A DNA stretch of 64,000 nucleotides, taken from positions 186,001-250,000 of the forward strand of contig CBFFRP010000419.1 of the NCBI GenBank assembly GCA_965644295.1, written 5' to 3'. Each line of letters begins with the position of its first letter. Position 1 is the first letter of the stretch. This stretch comes from Paraphysomonas bandaiensis. Taxonomy: Eukaryota; Protista; Chrysophyceae. Shown piece by piece: positions 40,003-52,156 of the stretch. A model generated the notes under the pieces. The model was not told the origin of the DNA and searched no databases. It saw only the letters and a list, made by a program, of their open reading frames with translations. The position numbers were made by a program, and so were the translations under genes.

Positions 40003-40674
40003 AGTGGAAAGTATCAGTTAAGTGATGAGTAGATATCAGAGACACTCTCAGCGCTGAGTGTTCATCAGACTAAATATATATGTATGTATATATGAGGGCC
40101 TGCAAGATGAGAATGGCTGAAAAAATTAACTCAAATAACTTCAAACAAAGTATGGCATAGGGATATATCCACCGGTAGAGTGAGAGGGTCGCTTGGTGCT
40201 TCTGTTATATGAGTGTTAAGAGTGGGTGCAACTGGTACGTGTGTATACATATACATATATATACATACATACATATACATACACTGCTACAGTCAGCTGC
40301 TCGTGCTGTGCTCCTAACTGCTGGAGCGCTGACCGTATATACTGATACAATACGGCTGAAGTAAAATACCGTCACTGCCAGGATACGAGGCCTGTTCTTG
40401 TGGTGTAGGAATTCCCAGTACTAGTCCCACCAACCTGCCATCGTATGTGACATGGGAATACACAATTATATGGTTGCGCTGTGAACTCCCCGTACTTCCC
40501 GTGTCCTTCACCATGTAGCCGGGATATGTGTTCGTGCGTGTCGTCGTATGTCTACTGACGTGAGTGGGGATGATATGAAGATGATCCATTCAACTCGACT
40601 CTCTCACTATCATTATAATTCGCTCTGTTGGTAGCATAGTTAGTAGACAGATAACACTAACAATCTACGCTCCA

Positions 40675-41674
40675 ATGGGCTGTGCTAATACCAAACACGA
40701 TGTGGTGAAGAAGAAACCAGTGGGGTTCAGTGTGTCGAGCACTAATTCTGATCTCACAGATATCAATGTCAGCGTCCCTGATCCCTTCAGATCATATTAC
40801 AAAGTAACTGATATCATATTCGAGAAAGGGCACAGGAAGTTATGCCGAGGGATTAGTAGAACACGTAATGATGTAGTCATAGAGTGTACCAACCTTAAGG
40901 CATATCAGTCTGAGGGCTTCACTGAGATAGATTATTACAACCGATTAGATATTCTTCGCCAGATTGATCACGAATGTACACCTAAAGTTCTAGATTTCTT
41001 CGACGGGTCTCAAACTAACAAGATTGTCTTTGAGTATGTGCCTGGCAGGGATTTGAAGTATATCTTGAAGACGAAGGGTCCACTGCCATCAAAGGTAGGC
41101 ATATATATTTTTTTAATGTGTCAATGTTTTAACGTATATTCTGATATAGATCGTCAAATTAATTGCACTGGCTATCATATCAGTTCTGAAGTATCTTCAC
41201 AAAAACGGAATTATTCACCGCAACATTTCGACGACTAACATAATACTGGCATCTTTCGCCACTTTAAGCGACCAGAGTAAGATAAAAGTTGTTGGTTTTA
41301 CAAGACCAGCTAGTGTGCCCCGAACGAGGGATGGAATTGTTGAACCAAGACTACTACCAGTGCAACTGAAAGATACCGACACCTCCAGCGCCCCAGAGCT
41401 CTGCATGGCTGACCACGGTCCAGCGGTGGATTTATTTTCCTTAGGCGCTGTCATCTATGAATCAGTGACTGGTTCACCACCAGACACAGATGACCTCATT
41501 TTCGGACTAGAATGGTCCTCAGAGCAGCTGGTTGCTTGGAGATTGCAGGTTGGTAATATAAGCAGTAATATTCACTGTATGTAAAAGCTCATGTAGGAGC
41601 TGGTTGTCGGACTACTTTCAAAGGACCCTCTGAAGCGTCCGAGTCTCAAGGCGGCCGAAAAATATTTTTGCTAA
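40675..41674 (+). CDS. N-myristoylated/palmitoylated protein kinase-like protein, probable pseudokinase, 3 exons
   Basis: MGC N-terminus; kinase-fold motifs IVFEYVPGRDL, YLHKNGIIHRNI, APE, VDLFSLG and DPLKRP. Introns at about 41095-41149 and 41549-41596. Confidence 0.8.
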
Positions 41675-42349
41675 TTATGGAAATAACCGAAACTTGTTGA
41701 GGGGACTTATTCTTTACGTTGCCGAAATAGGCAAAACTGTAATAGTTATTGCTACCTATAGTGTAGCGTATGCTGTTGAATGGAAATCATTACATACATG
41801 AAACTCATTGCGAAGGATGTAGTATATTTTATGTGCATACTATTTCAATTATCATGCACGTTTTAAATTACCAAAATATTCTTTTTTTGATATTGGAGTT
41901 CGTATATATTTAATTAAAAATACGAAGCCGGTATTTAAATCGGAGTTTGATGGAATGGAGTTATCAATTATCAAGACTATTCTTGTACTATTATTTGCGA
42001 ATATCTCGATAGTCTTTGTCTAAGAAAAGTGTATTTTGTCATTCGAAAGTGACTTCATTATTACATTTCAACCATTGGGGAAGGAGCTATGATGAGTTGA
42101 CTTCAAAAGAAAATCATCTAACACCACTTCAAGTTATATTCCATCCTTCTTCTAATGTAGACGATCATAATGATGTCAGTAGACGAGATCAATCATCAAA
42201 ACCAAGACTTCGAGAATTCAAATTTACAGGAGAGTTCCAAATTGTTCCAATGCCTCATTTAATGCTGAACCCAGTAATCCATTCCTTCCAGGGTTTGGGA
42301 CAAGTCGTGATTATCATACACACAGTATTCGAGTCAGTTGAATTAGCAG

Positions 42350-42570
42350 GCAGGGTTGCGTAACAATTAATTGTCTATTAGTTGACGCAGGATTTTTATA
42401 ATTGAAATTATTATTATTACTTGCTGTCTCAATTAATTGATACTAAACTACAGCGCAAAATAGTAGGATAATATCAGATTTAAGCACTAGTTAGATAAAT
42501 TGCTTTACTACAGTAGTTCTGACTCGTACACGTCACTTGCTACTAATGAGACATTCACTGCTACCTACTA
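42350..42570. repeat. Family A hAT-like end followed by an inverted family B repeat
   Basis: CAGGGTTGCGTAACAATTAATTGTC...TACTAAACTAC matches 9575-9700. The sequence after it matches 9105-9270 inverted and about 60590-60640. Confidence 0.65.
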
Positions 42571-42943
42571 CCCATATATGGTACACTTGCGTTGTTTGCG
42601 AAGTGATTAAAGGAATGTTGACTAAGTAAGGAATATAGTAACACTACTAGGTATACATAGATGTATTATGAGGTGAAACTAGTGTTGGTGTAGTGTGTAT
42701 ATCGTATGAGTAGAGTTGTGGTAAAGAAATTATGTTGAGTAAGTCATAACCTTAGTGCAGTAATCGAAAAACTGACTACGTTGAACCCTACTCAGAATCA
42801 AACTTTGGCATCATGGGTAAAAACTGAAGTTAGTTATCTGTAATGCCGCTCAAACAACACAATAACTGCAATGAGCTTGGGCATCTAGATAAAACAGTCT
42901 ACCTACCAACACCCATTACACTTGGAGATATGAATACAAATAT

Positions 42944-43701
42944 CTACTCTAGTCGAGTGAATCTGGTAACCATAGTGCACTGCTCCCCTTCATCAAGTCT
43001 GTCTCCAATCCAGGTCTACTCGTACGGACATGAGTGTCAGGCGTTTAAACGAAAAAACGAGGAAGTGAAACACTTACCATTTTGATTGTATCGCTGTCCT
43101 CCATGGTCCTGACGTGTTTGACAACTATATTCTTGGTATTGTCAGTGGGTATCGCCTGCACATGTAATTCCTGGTTTTCTTCCACAATCCACGCCTTAAA
43201 ATGAAAGGTTTTCCCCTCATCCTCCGCTTCTACAGATTCAGCGGATGATTCATCTGCGGCAACTTTGAGTTTCAGTACAGATGGAGTGGAGCCACTCCCA
43301 AAATCTTTAATGATTTCAAGCTTATCTTCTGTTAAAATAATTTTCTGATTCATTTTCAAAAACATTTTAGGAGCCTGTGAAAAAGCAGTGTTAATTCCAC
43401 TCCATATCCGTCATAATCTTACAATTAATCGAATCGCGTATGGCTTTCGCATAAACTTTAACCATCCGTCGAAATTCTCTTCTTCACACTGATTCCAGTA
43501 TCCGTTCATTTGTTCTTTCCAGCTCTGTGGGGTGTTTGATTTTGTAGCAGCTTTCTTGAGGACATAATTCTCACGCACTTGTCTCTTGGAGTACATGTTA
43601 AACATAACTATCACTGTTACAACCCCTATCATATAGAAGGGCACCACAAAATCAATAGCTCCATTCAAATCGAACGCGGGATAATGCATTGCCGAGTCCA
43701 T
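42944..43701 (-). CDS. Membrane-anchored FABP/lipocalin (calycin)-like protein, 3 exons
   Basis: N-terminal hydrophobic helix FVVPFYMIGVVTVIVMF, then MNGYWNQCEEENFDGWLKFM (FABP G-x-W...ENFD signature), beta-strand-like segments and the end CTMVTRFTRLE*. Confidence 0.6.
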
Positions 43702-44107
43702 CGCGGTTGTGTGCTCCCTATTAAGTGTCGTGCTATGGATGGATGTGTATTTAATTAAGTGCTGTAGGTATACCGTGTACCGTGTACAGCAGCATGTGTA
43801 GGCTAGTTTCTTCTCTGGTACCGTGGCAAACTTGGCCATCAAATGGTATACAGGTATACAGGTATACTGCGTTATACGCATGTATATCCACTTGTACTGC
43901 TGTAGGAACAAAAATTCTCGTGGAAATGTTTTCGGTACACTGCAGAAGAGCAGAGCAGACATAGTGCTGTATATGCACATATGCATATATATATATAGGA
44001 ACAGGAACAGAGTATAGAGTACAGTGTATGTAGAGCAGGATATATATACACAGCTCATAACACACTCTATCATCCAGTACCAATATACATTTATACCTCT
44101 ATTGGCA

Positions 44108-44885
44108 ATGTCAATCGAGAAAGAACCCTCTGAATCCCCCACTGATGTTTCCAGAAACAAATCATTGCGTTGGCGGACACTCAAGTCTGCTCTAGCCCCC
44201 GGGCTTAACATCACTAACTCCACGGATTTCCCTGTGTTGTTTGTACTCTCTCAGCTGTCACCACTGCACTGGTGTCGGATTGAACCAGGGGAGACAAAGC
44301 ATGTACCGTGTGGGCGTGTATTATTTACAGCGAGTGCGGAGGTGTATGATGAGAGCACAGTGCCCACTGCCGCCGGGTATATATACACGCGTATAATCTG
44401 AGCTCATACTGCACATTCATATAGATTTAACTATATTTGTAGTAATGAATTGATTGGTAAATATCGATAGAAGCGCGTATATTGACGTATATTGTGAAAT
44501 ATGTATCTAAGATTGCGATTTGTATCAACACAGTGATTGAAAGATATAAAACATCTGAATAGATGTGGTTAGATATTGATATATTGGTATATATATGGTG
44601 TAATATATATACTAGCATATATCTTTCATGCTTGTCTAATCTTTCTTTACTTGCAGAGTGGCTGCCCGTATTGCCGGAATCGTTGCGGCGACATTATTGA
44701 CAGGTGGGCTTGTTGGAGTGGGAATCGTCGGTACAGCTAGTGCTTTCACTAGTTTCAGACCATGTCACGTTCACGGTATATTTGCTGATGGTGGAACCCT
44801 TCTTGTTTCTAGTCAAATGAGCGAGCACAATATTCCGAGGCTATCCATTACACGTCTTGCACAGGGTGAATCACTTCACCTTTAG
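44108..44885 (+). CDS. Hypothetical protein with a glycine-rich hydrophobic segment, 2 exons
   Basis: MSIEKEP...LSQLSPLHW..IEPGET....GRVLFT is joined across a GT-AG intron (about 44376-44656) to VAARIAGIVAATLLTGGLVGVGIVG...HL*. Confidence 0.6.
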
Positions 44886-45154
44886 AAGTGCAGTAAGTTT
44901 TGTACGAAACCTCTCTCTATTTAGCTATTATTTAACGTTGCAAATATTTTTATGATGACGTATTGCTTTCATTAATATGACTTAATAATTCATATTATCT
45001 TTGAATATTATGCAAAATGTTATTTACTGATGTCAGTAGCCGGTCAGTTGTAGGTCATTACCCGCACTGTAATTAATCTGTGTTACCAAAATATCGTTAT
45101 TAATAGAATATCATAACGTCAATCACATCGGATTATGTCCAATTTTTTCTCAAA

Positions 45155-45343
45155 TTGGACCTCATTTTGGCTCAACAGAACGCTCATATTAGCACCGAGC
45201 ATACATATATAGACGTTCAACTTCAATATTCGGTTCAACAGAAGCTTTCTTCTATCTTGATTATGATATTGGCAGTCCTCTGTACTAGCTATGTGATTTC
45301 ATTATATTACACATTTGTAGAGAAGCCACAGTGATGAGTCAAC
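45155..45343 (+). repeat. Dispersed repeat family C, copy 2
   Basis: Direct-repeat match to about 21562-21750. Confidence 0.8.
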
Positions 45344-45357
45344 TATCCAAAGCTTAA

Positions 45358-45647
45358 TGGAAATTGCTCATTTTAAGCTAGATCACTGAGAGAATTTGTC
45401 GTAAGACTAGATAGATTTATTAATATCGTTTACACGAAATTGTGATAACCAACACTAACTCATTTTAATCCATGCATAATATCCTACGTATGCGAACCTC
45501 GCGTTACTGAACATATCTTGAAAGATCAAACTATTTCAGTTTCTCAATATCATCATAGAATTTGTACACCACTATATTTCACTGTATTCTCGTACATTGT
45601 CTTCAAGTAACATACTGAATATACTAGAATAAGATCCATATTTTAAT
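45358..45647 (-). mobile_element. Copia-type LTR copy with eroded ends
   Basis: Closely similar along its length to the solo LTR at 25660-25953. Confidence 0.88.
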
Positions 45648-45680
45648 CCTTCGACTGCTGTATAAGGTCATATTGATCTC

Positions 45681-45744
45681 TGCCCCATTCTGAGCGCGTA
45701 CTTAGGTAGAGCCGGGTGGGTACTAACTAATACTTGATTTATGT
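45681..45744 (+). mobile_element. Left-end fragment of the TGCCCCAT MITE
   Basis: TGCCCCATTCTGAGCGCGTACTTAGGTAGAGCCGGGTGGG is identical to the start of 53611-53896. Confidence 0.85.
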
Positions 45745-45745
45745 G

Positions 45746-46403
45746 TGGAGACCTTTGGTAATCTTTTTCCATCGCTTGAGTAATGACAACACCTCTCAAT
45801 CGATTTTGATACGCTGCGTCCCATACGTATCTTTTGTTTTATACCGCTGGAAACAAACTCCCGTGTCTCCCAGTCGATATAATTATACTTTTTACTGGGT
45901 TGTAACTTCAGTTCACTATAGTCGAGTGACCGCCGCGGAAGCACCTCCATCACCCCGCTGCACAACAAAAGAAGAATAAAGGATTGTATCTCCTGTAGTT
46001 GTTCCATACTCAATTGTTTGACGTACATTAGTTTCATAATTTTTGGTTTCATTTGCGTGTGTATTCGGACCATCTCGGTAAAATCTACCCAATTGGCAGA
46101 TTCGCGATCGGTTTTAGTTTGTTCTTTTTGTTTTGCATTGTAAATTTCAATATCTTCTTGCATGAGTCTACTATATATGTCATTACCCGTGAGTATATAA
46201 AGGGCCGAACACGTCGTTTTACGTCCACTGATGTTTGGAATCCGTGTAATATAATCTATCAGTTGCTTTGTTTTATTTTGTATGTTGTCTTTACTAATAC
46301 CCGTCGCATTCAATGCGGAATTTATGAGTGACACGTACGTACGTACCGAACTGTCAGCCAATTTGGGTCGGTTTAAAAGAATAGTTTGTTTAATTGAATT
46401 CAT
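45746..46403 (-). pseudogene. OLV11-like tyrosine recombinase of Polinton-like viruses/virophages; frameshifted and truncated
   Basis: Motifs RPKLADSSVRTYVS, RKTTCSAL, YN...KEQTKT..E.ANWV, LQEIQSFILL, PRRSLDY and NYID. Past a 1-nt deletion near 45851 another frame continues FQRYKTKDTYGTQRIKID*EVLSLLKRW. The catalytic HxxR/Tyr region is missing. Confidence 0.8.
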
Positions 46404-46419
46404 TGCTTTTTATTAAACG

Positions 46420-46887
46420 TCATATAAAAATACGACGCAACCATTCATACAAAACCAAAATTTGAATTAGTTTTGCCTTTAGCACAATTCCACACATGCC
46501 ACGTGATTTCCATACATACATTTCCAGAATCATTCGAATCTTGGTTGATTTCGGAATGAGTTCACACAGTGGGATTTCAGCCGTGATTTTTTCTTTGTCG
46601 GTTCCCAACACCCCAATTTTGGTGTAGTCGGGAATCGGTTTGCGAAATGTTTTTACCACGGGCACCCGTATTGTGATCGTGTTTGGTTTCAAGTCGTGAG
46701 ATTTTAGTATTGGTTGATAATCCAAATCACTAAAACGTGCCTCCAAATATTCGTCCAATACTCTAAACGCACGATATTCAATCGATTCAGAGGAAACCTG
46801 CAATTGAAGTTTTCTAAAATCCTTACCGCTGTCATATAAATCCGATGCTGCATTTGCAACTTTGAGTTTTAAAGGCATGGCGATCAT
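46420..46887 (-). CDS. Virus-like ORF, putative OB-fold ssDNA-binding protein (NCLDV DUF2738/T7 gp2.5-like)
   Basis: Intronless, ending 16 bp upstream of the recombinase ATG. The C-terminal LIPKSTKIRMILEMYVWKSRGMCGIVLKAKLIQI resembles the W..(F/C)G.....Q strand pair of this SSB family. Confidence 0.45.
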   Translation of the reverse strand: MIAMPLKLKVANAASDLYDSGKDFRKLQLQVSSESIEYRAFRVLDEYLEARFSDLDYQPILKSHDLKPNTITIRVPVVKTFRKPIPDYTKIGVLGTDKEKITAEIPLCELIPKSTKIRMILEMYVWKSRGMCGIVLKAKLIQILVLYEWLRRIFI

Positions 46888-46959
46888 ACAGAAACCCAGT
46901 CGTTTGAGTGAATGGACTGTTCGACCAACGTTTAATAATCAAACGTTATGCATCGAAAT

Positions 46960-47440
46960 CCTGTAGTTCCTTCAGCAGTAGTTCGAACCGTAGTATGTAG
47001 TCCTTCGCAGTCTCCTCCGGACGCATCCGAAAGGAACCATACTGAGTTAACAGATCACTTTTATTCTGTTCTGCTTCTTAAAACTCATCAATCATCACAT
47101 GCGTTTTGAATCTGTTACTACCACTCCCATCAGCCTTGAACCCTCTATGCAAGAGATGGAATTTACGCAGCGCCTTCGGAGAATGCTGCACTGCTTCCCT
47201 GCAGTAAGAATACGCTATGGCGTTCGCCTTTCAATACCTCTTTACAGCCTGTCTGTACGCCTTCTCCTCCATTAACGTAAGTGGCTGTTCCCCGAAGTCA
47301 CTTTCCTTAGGTGGCAGTTCCACCGCTACTTCACTCTGCTTCTTTCTCATGAGCAATGTCTCAAAATCCTCAATCCATTGTTCAAGGTTATTCTCGTTGA
47401 ACTGCGGAAATGCTCCTCTATCCTCCTCGCTCGCTACCAT
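46960..47440 (-). pseudogene. Truncated Copia gag, copy 1, with PBS at 47428-47439
   Basis: Inverted copy of 52451-52951 with stops and a deletion. It encodes MVASEEDRGAFPQF...FRMRPEETAKDY.LRFELLLKELQ. Confidence 0.85.
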
Positions 47441-47739
47441 GTTGGAAAACGCTCATTTTTACTTAGATCAAAAAGAGATTTAGTTGTTAGACTAGATAGA
47501 ATTATTATAATCGTTTACACGAATTGTGATAAACAACACAAACTCGTTTAGCACCATGCATAAATCACTACTTATGTAGACCTTTCGCTACTAAACATAT
47601 CTTGAACGAGCAAACTATTTCAGTTTCTCAATATAATAACAGCATCTACACATCACCATACTTGACTGTATTCTCGTACATTGTCTTCAAGTACCACACT
47701 GAATATACTAGGATCTAGGATACAATCCATATTCTAATA
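47440..47739 (-). mobile_element. Copia 5' LTR, copy 1 (300 bp)
   Basis: Element strand reads TATTAGAATA...TTTCCAACA, immediately followed by TGGTAGCGAGCG. Inverted near-copy of 52157-52451. Confidence 0.9.
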
Positions 47740-47964
47740 GGGGGCGATAACAATATATTGCCAGCAAAAATAAATAATAATAATATTTTAAAGACCAATA
47801 TTGATATATATTGGGCGCTAAAAATGGCTCGATTGGTAGTTAGTATAGGTTACAACATGACGAAAACCCAATAAAGCAAAATGTAGCAACTAGTACTCTC
47901 AAAGTGTTCTAACTCTTTGTCACTGTCATTCTCGGCATGATCGGACGGTCCATCATCGATGACC

Positions 47965-48190
47965 TGTAGCAGTCTACAAGTGCTTGTTGAAGCGAAGGAA
48001 CAGCAGAAGTTCGAGGCGTCGTGGGGTCATTATTCCTTGTCACAAGTGTGTCATGATTATCTTGGCTCTGCTGAACAAACGCCTCACAACGTTAGCTTGA
48101 CTGAACATGTGCTTGTTGGTCGATTGATACTGAGTGTCAAGTTGTTGTCGCAACTTCTTGCTGGCTCTGTGGCTTTCAAATGCAGCAGCA
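47965..48190 (-). pseudogene. Second hAT transposase C-terminal remnant
   Basis: Minus strand reads QYQSTNKHMFSQANVVRRLFSRAKIIMTHL*QGIMTPRRLELLLFLRFNKHL*TA, homologous to 38686-38845, with two in-frame stops. Confidence 0.8.
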
Positions 48191-48717
48191 TTGTTTCTTC
48201 CATATGCTACTTCGACGGCAAAATGGTTTGATCAAAACACATTATGAGCAGAGATGGAGAATCCACTGGAACTATATTGGAAGTCTTTTATTTAGCAATA
48301 GGCGTTAAAAGCCTGCACCAATTTAGTAGCTGATGACAGGAAGCTATTGGGCAAATATGCACCATTTTCCAGCAATTTTACGTGTATCCATCGTTTGGGC
48401 TCTGAGTGTGTGTGTGTGTATATGTGTGTATGTTGTATTTGTGTGTGTGTGTGTGCAAGGGAGGTCATGATTTGGTGATGATGAGGAAAAATATACGAGT
48501 GTTGATTTGCAACAAGATACGACATTCTTGTCGGTAGGTACGTACAGAAGGACATATCCAAAATATGCAATCTGAGAAAGCTGGAAGTGTGTAGCAGTGT
48601 GTGTAATATAGTTGTGTGTTAAAAGATTGCATACATTAGTGGTTGGTATATTGAAATAAGAGATATATTTAACTCGCCTACGATATCTAACTCCTTATTA
48701 AAGAGTGAAGGAGAGAT

Positions 48718-51700
48718 ATGCTGGGCTTGTATTTGAACCAAATCATCTTTTTATTAGCTGGTCTGATGACTGTGAAGGCTACTACTGAAATAATTCCTGG
48801 TCAAACATTAGTACTGACTTATGACGAATATGTGAACTACAATTACTTTATTAATTTATCAAACACGAGCCTTGAGGTGTTAGTGAACGGCTTTACCTCC
48901 GATGAGGACCTGAGTGGCACGATAGTGACCATGTATGCCTCTGTGGGAGCAGACAATGTCCCAACCACAGATGATTACGATATCAAATGTGATTCCAGTA
49001 CTTTCACTTCATCTGGGTCATCACCGTCAACTCTTGATTGTCGCCTCTCGGGACTTTATCTGAGTGGCCAGGACGTGGTTAATATAATGTTCCATGCGGG
49101 ATCTGACGGGATTAGTGGTGACTATGTCGGGCGGGAAATGAGCATTACTACCACATTTTCACCAGATAACTTGCAAGCAACAAATGAGTGGGAGCTTAAT
49201 CAACAATTAACTTTTCATTATGCCGAAGGTGGACAATACCTGTTTGAAATCAGTCTTCCTTCAGATCATGTGGATGAAGGGTTAATTCTCTATGGAATCA
49301 GTAAGTTTCGAATTGCATGTAGAAATCAATGATTAATAACTATATCGGTAAGGTAATGATGAGGACCTCTCTTTTCTACCTGCCACTGTATATATTGGGC
49401 TGGGGTGGGTTCCCTCGTCGTCAGAATATGACATTAAGTGTGATAAATTAACTTACACCGAGGGCACCGCTAGCTCTTCAACACTTGACTGCCGCCTCAG
49501 CCTGGAGTCACTACAGTCACACACGAAAGTGTATGTTCTTTTTAGCATGGGATCAGACGGCCAATCAGATACTTACTTCCAACGCTCGGCAACTCTTGAG
49601 GTCTCACAATATACCCAGTATTATACTGCTAATATAGGAGAGCCGGTGACCATACAGTACAGCGAAAGTGGGACGCAATATGTATATGTAGACCTGACTG
49701 ACTTGCCATTGTACAATGATTTATTTTTATACGGCTCTACTGATGACGTGGACTTGACACACGTCATTGCAGAAGTGTACCTCGGATTTAATGGGAGGTA
49801 AATCTTATAAAGTTATTCCTGTGTACCGGTATTTTAGAGTATTATATGTATGTCCAGATGCTTGTACACATTTCTATGCGATACCCCCAGCCTCTGTTAC
49901 TGATAATGTGTAACAGGGTTCCTTCAACGCAGTCGTATGACGTGCGCTGCGATCGTGACGACTACAGCACTCACGGTGCGACGTCCTCCACTCTCGACTG
50001 CCGTGTGTCATCGACAACATTGAAAGGTGTAAAATCAATCACGATGTACGTGTACGCTCTCGATGACGGCTTATCGTACAAATACCTTCTGCGCGAGATG
50101 TCGTTTACATTTAAATATAATCCTGCCATTTTTGCTCTGGTGCCCGGTGAACCAACTATTGTTTCGTATTGCGAAGGCTACACATATTTATCTGTAGATG
50201 TATCCAACCGATCCGCTAGCGAAGAACTGATCATTCATGGCAGTACGTCTGATACAGATATTACGTATGTACTCAACACATTCTATATTGGATACGACTG
50301 GATGCCTACGTCAACTTCCGCCTACAACTCGAAATGTGAACGTTCTTCTTATGAATGGTATGGTGCTTCGCCAAACACGCTTGACTGCCGTATATCCATC
50401 GCTGATTTAAGTGACCATAATACAGTGTACATTCTAATGTATTCATCTCATGATACAAATTATTTGTTGCGTGATATGACGATCACTGCATCCTTCCACC
50501 AAGCAGCCTACGACTTAGTTGTTGACGAACCACTAGTTATCGATTATGCAGAATCAACCACATACATCATATCGATGGATATATCGAATAGACCAGAGGA
50601 TAGTGATTTATTCATTACCGGGATTACCTCTGATGACGATTTGACCACGGTGTTAGCTTCTCTATACTTTGGGCTGGATGGTCGACTGCCTTACTCCAAT
50701 TCATACGACTTCATGTGTGACCACACCAGCTACACTACCTACGGTGCATCTACCGATACTCTCGACTGCCGTATTTCTCGATTTTCGTTGGAAGGACATA
50801 CTTCGATAACGATTAAATTGTACACTCAGAGCGATTCGTCATCTTATAGCTATTTTCAGCGTCAAATGACTCTGTCTGCGACGTATCAGTCGTCTGTATT
50901 TGAATTACTTCCGGGTACACCACTGGTTGTGGACTACGCTGAATTGGGATGGTATTCTATTACTCTTAATGCAGCCGCTGTGCCATCCGACAGCGAAGTG
51001 CTAATTACTGGTACCACTGATGACACGGATTTGAGCACTGCTATCGCAAAACTCTATATCGCATTTGATTGGATGCCTACGGGCTCCTCTGGGTATGATA
51101 TTTTGTGTACTCCGTCGACTTACACATCGTCCGGTGCCTCGCCATCGGCGTTGAATTGTCGTCTTCCACGTGAATATATTGACGACTGCACCTCTGTAAA
51201 CATCCTTATGTACACGTACTCCGATGACACTTCTACAACTTATTTACATCGATCAATGCAACTAACAGCTATGTACTCTCCCATTATTACTACGCTGCTA
51301 CCCAACGTTCCTCAAACTCTCTTCTATGCCGAAGAGTCATCTTACTCTTTCGTTTTGGATGTGTCTACGCGAGAGTCAACATGGGATGTGTTGTTGACTG
51401 GCTATACTGAAGATACAGACATTAGCAATGTGATAGTCAGTTTATACATGGGTTTTGGTGGTCGAATCCCAACGACTTCAGCGTATGACCTAAAGTGCGA
51501 TCGCAACACGGAGAGTGTATATGGAGGCTCCTCTGCAACACTAGATTGCGATCTTTTAGCGGAACAGTTAGAAGGATACACCAAGATAAATATCCTCGCT
51601 GTGTCGCTGTCAGATGGCCTCTCGACTGAGTATTACCAGCGCGAAATGCCCCTGCAGGCAATATATCCGCAAATTGCCAACGCAACTCGAAGCTCTCTCT

Positions 51701-51900
51701 GGCACCCCCCGCAGTACCCTCCAGAATCCTCCAGTACCTCTGCTTCTGCAAGCAGGAATGCGCCGAAGCTGTTGTGGGGAGGTGCTGTTGTGGCCGCTGT
51801 AGTAGGCATAGGTGCGCTGGTTGCTATGTTTTTGACTCGCCAACAAAGTATTAAGGATTATTCCATGAGCTATTCACTACTGAATCAAGAAACTGTGTGA
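48718..51900 (+). CDS. Type-I membrane surface protein with seven ~130-aa repeats, 3 exons
   Basis: Signal peptide; introns 49301-49352 and 49798-49916 restore the frame. Seven repeats of G.T.D.DL..V...Y.G...P....YD..C-x16-C are followed by a Ser/Pro stalk, a TM helix (GGAVVAAVVGIGALVAMFL) and a short tail. Confidence 0.88.
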
Positions 51901-52017
51901 GCACTAAACACTCCTGTGGCTACTTCGCTGTTAATTGGGCCAATTTACAATGTATTGGCAATTAATTATACATCATATCTATTTCATACTGCAACCTTGC
52001 AACTTCGAGTGTGATCG

Positions 52018-52156
52018 CGCTCCATACTGAGCGCGTACTTAGGTAGAGCCAGGTGGGGGCCGGGTGGGTACCTAACTAATACTTGATTATGTCCCACACG
52101 TTATTTGCTAGATACCGACTGAACCCAGCTAGCTACATCATTATCACACAGTATTC
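52018..52156 (+). mobile_element. Left half of the TGCCCCAT MITE, interrupted by the Copia insertion
   Basis: Matches about 53611-53749 and stops exactly where the LTR starts at 52157. Confidence 0.85.

Noticed and set aside
43702-44223. N-terminal 174 aa of the ORF-track 43411-44223 protein
   Set aside because: It reads through the TA-rich bidirectional promoter and the antisense strand of the next gene; the likely start is 43701.
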